Shown here: one piece after another, positions 1 to 8,085 of the stretch
Layout of the letters: every line of letters begins with the position of its first letter
How positions within the stretch are numbered: position 1 is the first letter of the stretch
Assembly (NCBI RefSeq): GCF_035998965.1
Contig: NZ_DASYHE010000103.1
Span: 1,383 to 65,382 of the forward strand
Direction of reading: 5' to 3'
From: Sphingopyxis sp.
GTDB lineage: Bacteria; Pseudomonadota; Alphaproteobacteria; Sphingomonadales; Sphingomonadaceae
DNA: 64,000 bases
Position numbers and translations under genes: made by a program
Notes under the pieces: model-generated
The model's input: the letters and a program-made list of their open reading frames with translations, nothing else
Databases searched by the model: none
What the model was told of the DNA's origin: nothing

Positions 1-621
1 CGGCCGATGCTACTGACCGAAGAGCATAGGCGGGATGTCGATCTCATCATCGACCATACCGTCGTTGATCTGCCTGTCGACTTCGGTGATGGTCAAGCCC
101 GACGCCCTCTCGTGACTGTCGTCATCGACGTCGCCTCCGAGGCTCCCGTCGCGTTGTCTATCTCCCGCTCGGTGCCGAGCCAGGCGGCCACCGCCGAAGC
201 AATATTCGATGCGCTCCGCGGCGGCATCCGACACGCCAACGGTAGGGCAGCGAAGAGACGCATGAGCATCGTGGCGATGTCGGAGAAAGAGGGTGCCAAT
301 GTGGTCGCCACCCTGCGGCAGGCGGGTATCGATGCGGGCCTCATAATGACGGGCGCCCACGGTGGCGGGCTGGTCGTGGAATCGCTACTCGGACCGGAAC
401 CTGTCGGACTGCGGCTTAAGCAACGGCTCGTATGGCATCACGGCGAAAAGAGGTTGGCTGCAGTGCGTTCAGGTGCCCCGCCGCTGACAATCGCCGAAGC
501 CGAGACGCTCATCAGGGGACGCCTACTTCACGGTCGTCCCACCACGGCGTTCAGCTCTTTAAGCAACCGCGACCAGGCATATCTGGCCAGGAGCTTGGCG
601 AAGATCGCTCAAGCCGACTGA
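1..621 (+). CDS. TniA/TnsB-like DDE integrase-core derivative, 5' end probably outside the window; second catalytic Asp apparently lost
   Basis: The frame is open from base 1. Motifs IIDHTVVDL, RPLVTVVIDVAS, VPS, GGGLVVESLLG and LTIAEAETLI parallel TniA QIDHTVIDL, RPYLTLAIDV, APS, GGIVERIIG and LTLRELERWL as recalled. Confidence 0.75.
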   Translation, partial: RPMLLTEEHRRDVDLIIDHTVVDLPVDFGDGQARRPLVTVVIDVASEAPVALSISRSVPSQAATAEAIFDALRGGIRHANGRAAKRRMSIVAMSEKEGANVVATLRQAGIDAGLIMTGAHGGGLVVESLLGPEPVGLRLKQRLVWHHGEKRLAAVRSGAPPLTIAEAETLIRGRLLHGRPTTAFSSLSNRDQAYLARSLAKIAQAD

Positions 622-1535
622 AGCGCGACCAGCGAGGCACGGATCACGGCGGCTAGACGTCCGTCGGTTACGCCACCACCAATGATGTTGGCTCGGGTCA
701 GAGCGACAATGCGATCGACGTTGTGACGTTCAACCTCCCGCATCCAGATTCCACGTGCTTCTTCTAGCGCCACAATGGGGGCAACTCGACTCTTGAGGTA
801 TTCGTCGATGTCCATATCTGCCAGCAAGGTGCGCCGGGAATTCAACGGTATCCTGCCAATCCGCGGACCAGTCACCTGCTGGACTTGCTGACCAAAGGAA
901 AACCCGCCAGCCCGGCCCATCACCAGTTCGCTGACATGCGGCTCCAGCGTCTGGATCAACGACTCAGCGTGTATGTCCGGTGGCAACATCCAGCCCAAAC
1001 TCGGCATCGTATCGGGCTGGGGCGGCAGATCGGCCCTGTTAAGCTGAAGAAACGAAAGGCCGGCGGATAAGGCTTCGCGCTGGAGCGCACGGCCGTTATC
1101 TTTTCTGCCGAGCGCCGAGCCTAGAACGAGGCCACTAGCTGTTTCCATCAAGATGGCCGCCACCGCGAGGGCACGCTCTGTTCCGTCGAGAACAATCTGG
1201 ACAGCGGTAAGGTCCAAGACCATTTCGCCACCAAATGCAGCGCGGACAAATTTGGGATCCCCAGTAAGCCGCCGACGTTCATCGCCGACTAGCCGCTGAA
1301 GGCGCTGGAGGACGGTGAGTGCGTGGTTGGCACCCGCGTCGGTCCGGACGAGATCCGGGTTCGCCTCCATGATACGCCTCGCGACATCAACGTTACGCGA
1401 GAGCGGGTTCGAGCGTAACAGGGTCTCGGCTTCTTTCCGAAGCGGACTCTCATCGCTGGCATCTACGCGCCTGCCGCTACGAGTGTCGTGCGGGACCAGA
1501 CCGGCGAGCGAGTGGGTGCGCCACGCAACGCGCAA
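609..1535 (-). CDS. Second, more diverged TniA/TnsB-like integrase-core derivative; likely 5'-truncated
   Basis: It has LDLTAV, ILMETASGLVLG, FGQQVQQVTG (Q at the catalytic E position) and VALEEARGIW..RHN. The N-terminal WRTHSLAGLVP..SGRR resembles the TnsB HTH exit. The frame stays open upstream to a stop at 1596-1598 without an ATG. Confidence 0.6.
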   Translation of the reverse strand: MRVAWRTHSLAGLVPHDTRSGRRVDASDESPLRKEAETLLRSNPLSRNVDVARRIMEANPDLVRTDAGANHALTVLQRLQRLVGDERRRLTGDPKFVRAAFGGEMVLDLTAVQIVLDGTERALAVAAILMETASGLVLGSALGRKDNGRALQREALSAGLSFLQLNRADLPPQPDTMPSLGWMLPPDIHAESLIQTLEPHVSELVMGRAGGFSFGQQVQQVTGPRIGRIPLNSRRTLLADMDIDEYLKSRVAPIVALEEARGIWMREVERHNVDRIVALTRANIIGGGVTDGRLAAVIRASLVALQSA

Positions 1536-1572
1536 GTTGTAGAAGGCTGCGCGCTTAGACGGATCAATTTCA

Positions 1573-2343
1573 ATGGCCCTGTTTGCGCGGCAGACCTATC
1601 TCCCGACCTACGCGATCGAGAATCTTTGTGATCATGGGATACTCGAGCGCGAAAGTGACCCAGCACTGTTTCACCTTCGCCATGGCTCCAGCATCACACG
1701 GACGTCGATTGAGTCGCTTCGCGCGACGATATTCGAATTGGAACGCGGCACGGCCGCGAGCGATGCCGTCCCGCTCGGGACCGCCACGCGGCGGATTGGA
1801 GGCCGCTTAAAGCCATGGGCCGATATCGTAGTCGCATTGCGAGACCGGTCGCTTACGTGCTGGATAGCTCCCAACGCGACTTCGGAGACACCCTGGCTAC
1901 GCAGCATCCTGATTGCGCCTTCCCAATTCGCTCAGTTCGACAGTATCCCGATGACCGAGCCACCCGGACAAAGCCCACGATCGCTCGCCGACTGTTCGTT
2001 GTCCGATGCAAAGGAAATTCTCAACCTTCGAGGCACACCATCAGTTGATCTTCAGGACGTCTTCGCAAAAGAAATCGCGGCATGCGAGCAACGGGGCCCG
2101 CGCAAGGCAGTTCCGATGGCGAAGGTCCTAGAGAAGGCTGAACAAGAAATCGGCATCGGCGAGATCTGTGCACGTGCTAATTGGAACGCGCGTCAGGCAA
2201 AATGGGCGCTGGCACTCTTCGCGAATGATCGCACGGCATGCGGGTGGAACCGCGCCGCAATCGAGAAATCGGGGGTTTTGGAGACGCAAATTAACTGGAG
2301 CGTCAGAGCGCATCGCCGCGATCCAAGGACGTTGGGGTCGTAA
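1573..2343 (+). CDS. Hypothetical protein, probably the C-terminal part of a TniQ-family protein
   Basis: 256-aa ORF with LPTYAIENL and RRIGGRLKPW segments that recall sphingomonad TniQ C-termini. No TniQ zinc-finger core is present. It sits next to the TniA-like ORFs. Confidence 0.45.
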   Translation: MALFARQTYLPTYAIENLCDHGILERESDPALFHLRHGSSITRTSIESLRATIFELERGTAASDAVPLGTATRRIGGRLKPWADIVVALRDRSLTCWIAPNATSETPWLRSILIAPSQFAQFDSIPMTEPPGQSPRSLADCSLSDAKEILNLRGTPSVDLQDVFAKEIAACEQRGPRKAVPMAKVLEKAEQEIGIGEICARANWNARQAKWALALFANDRTACGWNRAAIEKSGVLETQINWSVRAHRRDPRTLGS

Positions 2344-2397
2344 TAGCTTGTAACCGGTCGTATTAGGTCAAATTAGCTTGTAGCCTGTCAGCTTGTT
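2344..2397 (+). repeat. Three short direct repeats (T/C)AGCTTGT(A/T)
   Basis: TAGCTTGTA at 2344 and 2374; CAGCTTGTT at 2389. Confidence 0.7.
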
Positions 2398-2451
2398 CTA
2401 CCCAAGGAACGTGGGTCGTTTCAAGGTTGGGCGAAGGGCGGGGTAGGATGG

Positions 2452-2585
2452 TCCTCCCTGTGGCGAAGCCATGGGGAGGGGGACCGTTCGCGAAGCGAAT
2501 GGTGGAGGGGCCGCGACCTTGGCGCCATTGCCCCTCCGTCAGTCCTTCGGGCTGCCACCTCCCCATGGCTTCGCCACAGGGAGGA
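2452..2585. repeat. Palindromic intergenic repeat family A (MITE/CIR-like, ends TCCTCCCTGT...ACAGGGAGGA)
   Basis: Long terminal inverted repeat with internal hairpins; 6 copies in the window. Confidence 0.9.
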
Positions 2586-2640
2586 TGTTCCGGATGGTGC
2601 GCGTCGTCACAGACGGTTCGGCGTGGTAACCTATCGCTCT

Positions 2641-2714
2641 CGTCACCCCGGACTTGATCCGGGGTCCATGACGTTAGGGGCGATGATGGATGCCGGATCA
2701 AGTCCGGCATGACG
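2641..2714. repeat. CGTC-type REP doublet (family B)
   Basis: CGTCACCCCGGACTTGATCCGGGGTCC ... GGATGCCGGATCAAGTCCGGCATGACG, an inverted pair. Confidence 0.9.
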
Positions 2715-2735
2715 AATGAAGGGTTGGGGGACCAA

Positions 2736-3905
2736 ATGGCCAAACGCGATTATCTGACCAACCTCATGCGCGATCTGGAATCGCATACCGAGGTGCGGCG
2801 GTTTGGCAGCGGGTGGCTGTCGGGGTTTTTCGCGCTGCTGTTCGCGATCGTCGGGTTCGGGATGGTGATCGCGCTGCGCTTCCCCGACTGGTTCGCGACG
2901 CCGGAACTGGCGATCATCAAGGATTGGGGCGGGTTTCGCGGGGTGGTGCATCTGGTGCTGCTCGCGAGTTACGGCCTTGCGCTGCTCAGCCTGTTGCTGC
3001 GTCCGCGCAAGGTGCTTGGCGCGACCGCGTTGATGATTGCGCTCGCCGCGACGCTGATCGGCGGCGCCAATGTCCAGCCTGAGGAAACGCGAAGCTGGGG
3101 AATTTTCTTCGGACTCGACTTTTTTGTCGTCAACCTGTTGATCACCGGCTTCATGTTCGCGCCGCTCGAACGACTGTTCCCGCATCGCCGCGCGCAGCGC
3201 CTGTTCCGTACCGAATGGCGCGAGGATCTGTTCTATTATCTGGTCAGCACGATGTTCGTGCAGGTGCTGGGCTTTCTGGCGCTCGCGCCGTCGACGATCA
3301 TCAACGAAAGTACGAACAGCTGGGACGCTTTCCGAGCGACCGTCGGCTCGCTACCCTGGCTGGTGCAGTTTGCGATCGTACTCGTCGCGTCGGACCTCGC
3401 GCAATATTGGTACCACCGGTTGTTCCACAAAGTGCCGTTCCTGTGGGGGTTCCATGCGATCCACCACAGCGCCAAGTCGATGGACTGGCTGGCCGGATCG
3501 CGGATGCATTTTGTTGAGATCATCCTGCTGCGCTCGATCACCTCGCTGCCGCTGTTCACTTTGGGGTTCAGCCCGTCGGTGATGCAGGCTTATATCGGCT
3601 TTGTGTATGTCTGGTCGTCGCTGCTCCACGCCAATGTCGGGGGCAATTTCAACCGGCTGGGCCACTGGATCGCGACGCCGCGCTTTCACCATTGGCACCA
3701 TGGGCTGGAACGTGAGGCGTTCGACGTCAATTTCGCGATCCATTTCCCGTGGCTCGACAAGATTTTCGGGACATTTCATCTGCCGAAGGACCGCTGGCCG
3801 GAGAATTACGGCATTCCCGAGGATGTGCCGAAACATTATTGGGGGCAGTTTCTCTATCCGTGGAAGCGGACGGGGAAGAAGATCGACGAGACGCCGGCGG
3901 AGTAG
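2736..3905 (+). CDS. Sterol desaturase / fatty acid hydroxylase family membrane protein
   Basis: His boxes HRLFH, HAIHH, HANV..., HHWHH and multiple TM segments. Confidence 0.9.
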   Translation: MAKRDYLTNLMRDLESHTEVRRFGSGWLSGFFALLFAIVGFGMVIALRFPDWFATPELAIIKDWGGFRGVVHLVLLASYGLALLSLLLRPRKVLGATALMIALAATLIGGANVQPEETRSWGIFFGLDFFVVNLLITGFMFAPLERLFPHRRAQRLFRTEWREDLFYYLVSTMFVQVLGFLALAPSTIINESTNSWDAFRATVGSLPWLVQFAIVLVASDLAQYWYHRLFHKVPFLWGFHAIHHSAKSMDWLAGSRMHFVEIILLRSITSLPLFTLGFSPSVMQAYIGFVYVWSSLLHANVGGNFNRLGHWIATPRFHHWHHGLEREAFDVNFAIHFPWLDKIFGTFHLPKDRWPENYGIPEDVPKHYWGQFLYPWKRTGKKIDETPAE

Positions 3906-3940
3906 CGCCCGGCACGAAGTCGCCGGATGGTTCTCCTTAT

Positions 3941-4070
3941 ATTCGCGCAGAGGCGCAGAGAACGCAGAGACGATAGGCGCAGCGGTCCTCGACCCCGCCG
4001 ACCCACATTTTTTTGAGCGGCTTTGCCGCTCAGTTCATTTTCTCTGCGTCCTCTGCGCCTCTGCGCGAAT
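3941..4070. repeat. Palindromic intergenic repeat family E
   Basis: ATTCGCGCAGAGGCGCAGAG ... CTCTGCGCCTCTGCGCGAAT inverted ends. Confidence 0.85.
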
Positions 4071-4120
4071 CTTTCCACCGCTTCTTGCCAGAACCAGCGA
4101 CCGGACATAAAGGCCGCCGT

Positions 4121-4513
4121 GTGCGCCTGCTCGCTGCCTTTCGCCGTCCCGGCATCTTGCTGTTGTTGCCGCTGCTGCTCGCGCTCGGCGCGCGGGTGCT
4201 GGTCGCGCCGGGGTGGATGATCGAGAGCGATGCGGGCGGGTCGATCACCGTGCGCATCTGTTCGGACCCGACCGATCCCGGCAAGACGGTGACCATCCCG
4301 CTGGAAAAAGCGGGCAGCCATGACGCGGGCGAGACGCAGCAGCATTGCCCGTGGGGCGCGCTGGCGAATGCGCCGATCGTGCCGGGTGAGCCGCTGTTGC
4401 TGGCGGCACCGATGGTTGCGGCGCCGAACCCGGTGGCGGTGCGGTCGCTGGGCTTTGCGCCCGGCATTGCGTCGCCGCTGCCGCCGAGTACCGGACCTCC
4501 TTCCCGAGCTTAA
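4121..4513 (+). CDS. DUF2946-family (CruR-like) protein
   Basis: N-terminal TM, VRIC, QHCPWG, a Pro/Ala-rich tail and C-terminal LPPSTGPP, directly upstream of a TonB receptor. The GTG start at 4121 is inferred. Confidence 0.75.
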   Translation: MRLLAAFRRPGILLLLPLLLALGARVLVAPGWMIESDAGGSITVRICSDPTDPGKTVTIPLEKAGSHDAGETQQHCPWGALANAPIVPGEPLLLAAPMVAAPNPVAVRSLGFAPGIASPLPPSTGPPSRA

Positions 4514-4514
4514 T

Positions 4515-4592
4515 TGTCATCCCGGCGCAGGCCGGGATCTCACCCTTGCGTATTGGCGCAGCGTTGAGACCCCGGCCTGCGCCGGGGTGACG
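4515..4592. repeat. CGTC-type REP doublet (family B)
   Basis: TGTCATCCCGGCGCAGGCCGGGATC ... GACCCCGGCCTGCGCCGGGGTGACG. Confidence 0.9.
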
Positions 4593-4663
4593 ATCACATG
4601 AGCATTGCGCTCAAGGCTGTGCCTTCGGCGTGGATCCAAACTGTTTCCGGGAAGAATCTTCCA

Positions 4664-6673
4664 ATGACAACAACTGCCTATCGGGCGGCGCCTTTGCTGG
4701 CGCTCGTCCTCTCGCTCGTCCCTGCCGCGGCGCACGCCGCCGAGGCGGAAGCCGATGCGACGATCATCGTCACCGCCCCCGAACTGACCAACGAGGCCGA
4801 AGCCCGGGTCGCCAAGACCGCGGGCGGCGCCGACGTCGTCAGCCATCAGGATTATGCCGACAAGTCGATCGTGTCCTTGCGCGACACTTTGGCCTTTTCG
4901 CCCGGCGTCTATCTCCAGCCGCGTTACGGGCAGGAGGTCCGCATCTCGATCCGCGGATCGGGGCTGTCGCGCGGCTTCCATATGCGCGGTCTGACGCTGC
5001 TCCAAGACGGGGTGCCGATCAATCTGGCCGATGACAATGGCGATTTCCAGGAGCTGGAGCCGATCTTTTTCGACCATCTCGAAGTCTATCGCGGCGCCAA
5101 TGCGCTGCGTTTCGGGTCGGGCACATTGGGCGGCGCGGTCAATGGCGTGACGCCGACCGGGCGCACGGCCGAGGGCTTTTACCTGCGCGGTGACGTCGGC
5201 AGTTTCGACAGCTATCGCGGGCTGGTGTCGGCAGGCGTTGCGAGCGAGCGCGTCGATGCGTGGGCGGCGGTGAGCGCCGACACGTCGAGCGGCGACCGCG
5301 AGCATGTTAATCGGCGCAGTTTCCGCTTTCACGGCAATGTCGGGCTGAAGCTGAGCGATGTCGTTTCGACGCGTTTCTATGCCAGCTATAACGACATAAA
5401 GCAGGAAATCCCCGGCGCGCTGACCTTTACCCAGGCGCTGACCACCCCACGCGCGGCGAGCGCAGCAGCCGTGGCGGGCGATCAGGCGCGCGACATCGTG
5501 TCGCTGCGGCTCCAGAACCGCACCACGTTCGACTGGGGCGCGTTCAAGCTGGATGTTGGCGGCTTCGTCAACGCCAAGTCGCTCTATCACCCGATCTTTC
5601 AGGTGATCGATCAGGACTCGCTCGATCTGGGTGGATTTTTCCGCGCCGATTATGCCGCGGGGCCGGTCGAGGTGACGCTGGGCGGCGAGCTGCGCCGCGG
5701 CAGCACCGATGCGCGGCAATATGTGAATATCGCCGGGCGGCGCGGCGCGCTGGTGTTCGATGCCGATCAGACCGCGCGTACCGCCAACATCTATGGCGAG
5801 GTGCGGGTGCGGCCGGTCGAACAGCTGACCTTGATCGCGGGCGGCGTCTATGCCGACGGCTTCCGCAAGCGGCGGGTCAATGTCTCGACCTCGCGCGACG
5901 GGCGGATCGATTTCGACGCCTTTTCGCTCAAGTTCGGCGTGCTGTTCGAACCGAGCGAAGATGTACAGTTCTTCGCCAACTACAGCCGCTCGGCGGAATT
6001 TCCGGGCTTTGGCGAAGTGTTCCAGACGATCGGCACGCCGCCGGTCAGCCAGGTGGTATCGACGATCCGTCCGCAGCGCGCGTGGACGGCCGAGGTCGGC
6101 ACCCGCGGCAAGACCGGGATCGTCAGCTGGGATCTGGCGCTCTATCGCTCGACGCTAAAGGGTGAATTGCTGCAATTCACGACCAATGTCAGCATTCCGG
6201 CGGCGACCTTCAACGCCGATCGCACGCTGCATCAGGGGGTCGAGGCGGCACTGGAAATCGCGCCGACCGATTGGCTGCGGCTGCGGCAGGTCTATACCTA
6301 CAGCGACTTCCGGTTCCGGAATGACAGCCAGTTCGGCGACAACCGCCTGCCGGTGGTGCCGAAGCATGTCTATCGGGTCGAGGCGCGGATCGGGAGCGAC
6401 GCGCTGCACATTGCGCCGAATGTCGAGTGGGTGCCCGATGGTCCCTACGCCGATTATCGCAACCTGGTGCAGACGCCGGGCTATGCGCTGCTGGGCGTGA
6501 CGGGCGGGGCGCGGATCGCCGAGGGGATCGACGCCTTTGTCGACGTCCGCAACATCACCGGCAAGAAAGCGATCGGCGACATCAGCGCGGCGATCACGGT
6601 GACACCGACATCGGCGGTCTATTATCCGGTCGAGCGCCGCGCGGTGTCCGCGGGCATTCGCGCGCGCTTCTAA
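4664..6673 (+). CDS. TonB-dependent receptor
   Basis: Signal peptide, TonB box TIIVTA, plug motifs (ISIRGSG, LEVYRGANA..G) and C-terminal ...GIRARF. Confidence 0.95.
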   Translation: MTTTAYRAAPLLALVLSLVPAAAHAAEAEADATIIVTAPELTNEAEARVAKTAGGADVVSHQDYADKSIVSLRDTLAFSPGVYLQPRYGQEVRISIRGSGLSRGFHMRGLTLLQDGVPINLADDNGDFQELEPIFFDHLEVYRGANALRFGSGTLGGAVNGVTPTGRTAEGFYLRGDVGSFDSYRGLVSAGVASERVDAWAAVSADTSSGDREHVNRRSFRFHGNVGLKLSDVVSTRFYASYNDIKQEIPGALTFTQALTTPRAASAAAVAGDQARDIVSLRLQNRTTFDWGAFKLDVGGFVNAKSLYHPIFQVIDQDSLDLGGFFRADYAAGPVEVTLGGELRRGSTDARQYVNIAGRRGALVFDADQTARTANIYGEVRVRPVEQLTLIAGGVYADGFRKRRVNVSTSRDGRIDFDAFSLKFGVLFEPSEDVQFFANYSRSAEFPGFGEVFQTIGTPPVSQVVSTIRPQRAWTAEVGTRGKTGIVSWDLALYRSTLKGELLQFTTNVSIPAATFNADRTLHQGVEAALEIAPTDWLRLRQVYTYSDFRFRNDSQFGDNRLPVVPKHVYRVEARIGSDALHIAPNVEWVPDGPYADYRNLVQTPGYALLGVTGGARIAEGIDAFVDVRNITGKKAIGDISAAITVTPTSAVYYPVERRAVSAGIRARF

Positions 6674-6689
6674 AAAAGGAGGACAGGGG

Positions 6690-8045
6690 ATGACCGACAT
6701 CAACCGGATTCCGCTCTATCGCACGATCTGGCGCTGGCATTTTTACGCCGGGCTGTTCGTCATCCCCTTCATCCTCATGCTGTCGGTGACGGGGGCGGCC
6801 TATCTGTTCAAGCCGCAGCTCGACCGGTGGCAGGAGCGTGGCTGGCGCGACCTGCCGATCGCCGAGCGGGTCGATGCCGATGCGCAGGTGAAGGCAGCAC
6901 TGGCCGCCTTTCCCGGCGCGAGTTTTCATTATTACCGCTTGCCGGAGGCGCCCGGCGATGCGGCGATCGTTCACGTCGGGCTTCCAGCCGGCGGGATGCG
7001 CGACGTTGCGGTGTCGCCGCGGGGTGCGGTGATCGGCAGCGCCAATCCCGACGACCGCATTTCGGCGTGGCTGGCGAAGATTCACGGCAGTCTGCTGATC
7101 GGCAAGCCCGGCGGCATCATCGTCGAACTGGCGGCGAGCTGGGCAATCGTGATGATCCTGACCGGGCTGTATCTGTGGTGGCCGCGCGGGCGCGGGCTCG
7201 CTGGGGTCGTGTGGCCGCGCCTGTCGCTCGGCGGGCGCACCGCGCTGCGCGACCTGCACGCCGTGACCGGGTTCTGGGTGTCGGGGCTGGCATTGGTGCT
7301 GTTGCTCACCGCCTTGCCGTGGACCGATGTCTGGGCGCAGGGCTTCCGCGCCGTGCGTGCCGAAATGGAGTGGGTGCAGGGCGCGCAGGATTGGAAAAGC
7401 GGCGGCGATGCCGGTCATCATGCCGCGCATGATCATCGTGCGATGGCCAAAGCTACGCCTGCTCCCGTAGCGGTCGGCGATGCGCCGCGCGTCCCGCTCG
7501 ATCGCATAGTGCTGCGCGCGCAAAACGAAAATCTGCCCGCGCCGGTGATCATCCAGCCGCCGGGGGCGCCGAACCATTTTGGCCCGCCCAATGGCGACAC
7601 CTGGACGCTGACCACCCAGACGCAAAACCGGCCGCTGGTGCGCAAGGTGAATTACGATGTCGTCACCGGGATCGAAGTGTCGCGCAGCGGTTTTGCCGAC
7701 AAACATGTCATCGACCGCATCGTCGGCATCGGCATCGCCTGGCACGAGGGCGCGCTGTTCGGGATCGTCAGCCAGCTGATCGGGGTGCTCACCGCGCTGA
7801 TGCTAATCACTCTCGCGGTGTCGGGGTTCCTGATGTGGCGCCGCCGCAAGCCCGAGGATGAGCTCGGCGCCCCGCCGCTGCCGCGCGATCCGGCGAAGCT
7901 GAAGGGGGTGGCGGCGATTGTGCTGTTGCTCGCCGCGCTGCTGCCGCTGCTCGCTGCCTCCCTGATCTTGCTATGGATCGTCGATCGGCTCATCGTCCCG
8001 CGCCTGCCGCGCGCCGCCAAATGGCTGGGAGTCGTTCGCGCATAA
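6690..8045 (+). CDS. PepSY-associated TM-helix (PepSY_TM) protein
   Basis: WRWHFYAGL, IHGSL, LTGLYLWWPR, LHAVTG, WHEG. Confidence 0.93.
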   Translation: MTDINRIPLYRTIWRWHFYAGLFVIPFILMLSVTGAAYLFKPQLDRWQERGWRDLPIAERVDADAQVKAALAAFPGASFHYYRLPEAPGDAAIVHVGLPAGGMRDVAVSPRGAVIGSANPDDRISAWLAKIHGSLLIGKPGGIIVELAASWAIVMILTGLYLWWPRGRGLAGVVWPRLSLGGRTALRDLHAVTGFWVSGLALVLLLTALPWTDVWAQGFRAVRAEMEWVQGAQDWKSGGDAGHHAAHDHRAMAKATPAPVAVGDAPRVPLDRIVLRAQNENLPAPVIIQPPGAPNHFGPPNGDTWTLTTQTQNRPLVRKVNYDVVTGIEVSRSGFADKHVIDRIVGIGIAWHEGALFGIVSQLIGVLTALMLITLAVSGFLMWRRRKPEDELGAPPLPRDPAKLKGVAAIVLLLAALLPLLAASLILLWIVDRLIVPRLPRAAKWLGVVRA

Positions 8046-8046
8046 A

Positions 8047-8064
8047 TGGTTTCTTTTGAAACCA
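8047..8064. promoter_or_regulatory. Inverted repeat TGGTTTC-N4-GAAACCA upstream of phhA, putative operator
   Basis: Perfect 7-bp inverted repeat in an AT-rich intergenic region about 20 bp before the phhA start. Confidence 0.5.
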
Positions 8065-8085
8065 GTTCATGTTAGGTCGCAGCTT

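Larger units (their letters stand above)
1..2430. mobile_element. Right part of a degenerate Tn7/Tn5053-like (TniA/TniQ) element or island
   Basis: Gene content, visibly lower GC and non-host codon usage, and an abrupt return to host repeats at ~2450. The exact boundary is not defined. Confidence 0.55.

Noticed and set aside
2344-2450. Canonical Tn7/Tn5053 terminal inverted repeat
   Set aside because: No TGT...ACA terminus or 5-bp duplication can be identified, and the other end is outside the window. Only the short repeats are reported.
4000-4660. Cobalamin or other riboswitch upstream of the TonB receptor
   Set aside because: No B12-box or other conserved riboswitch core is recognisable. 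The space is occupied by the DUF2946 ORF and repeats.
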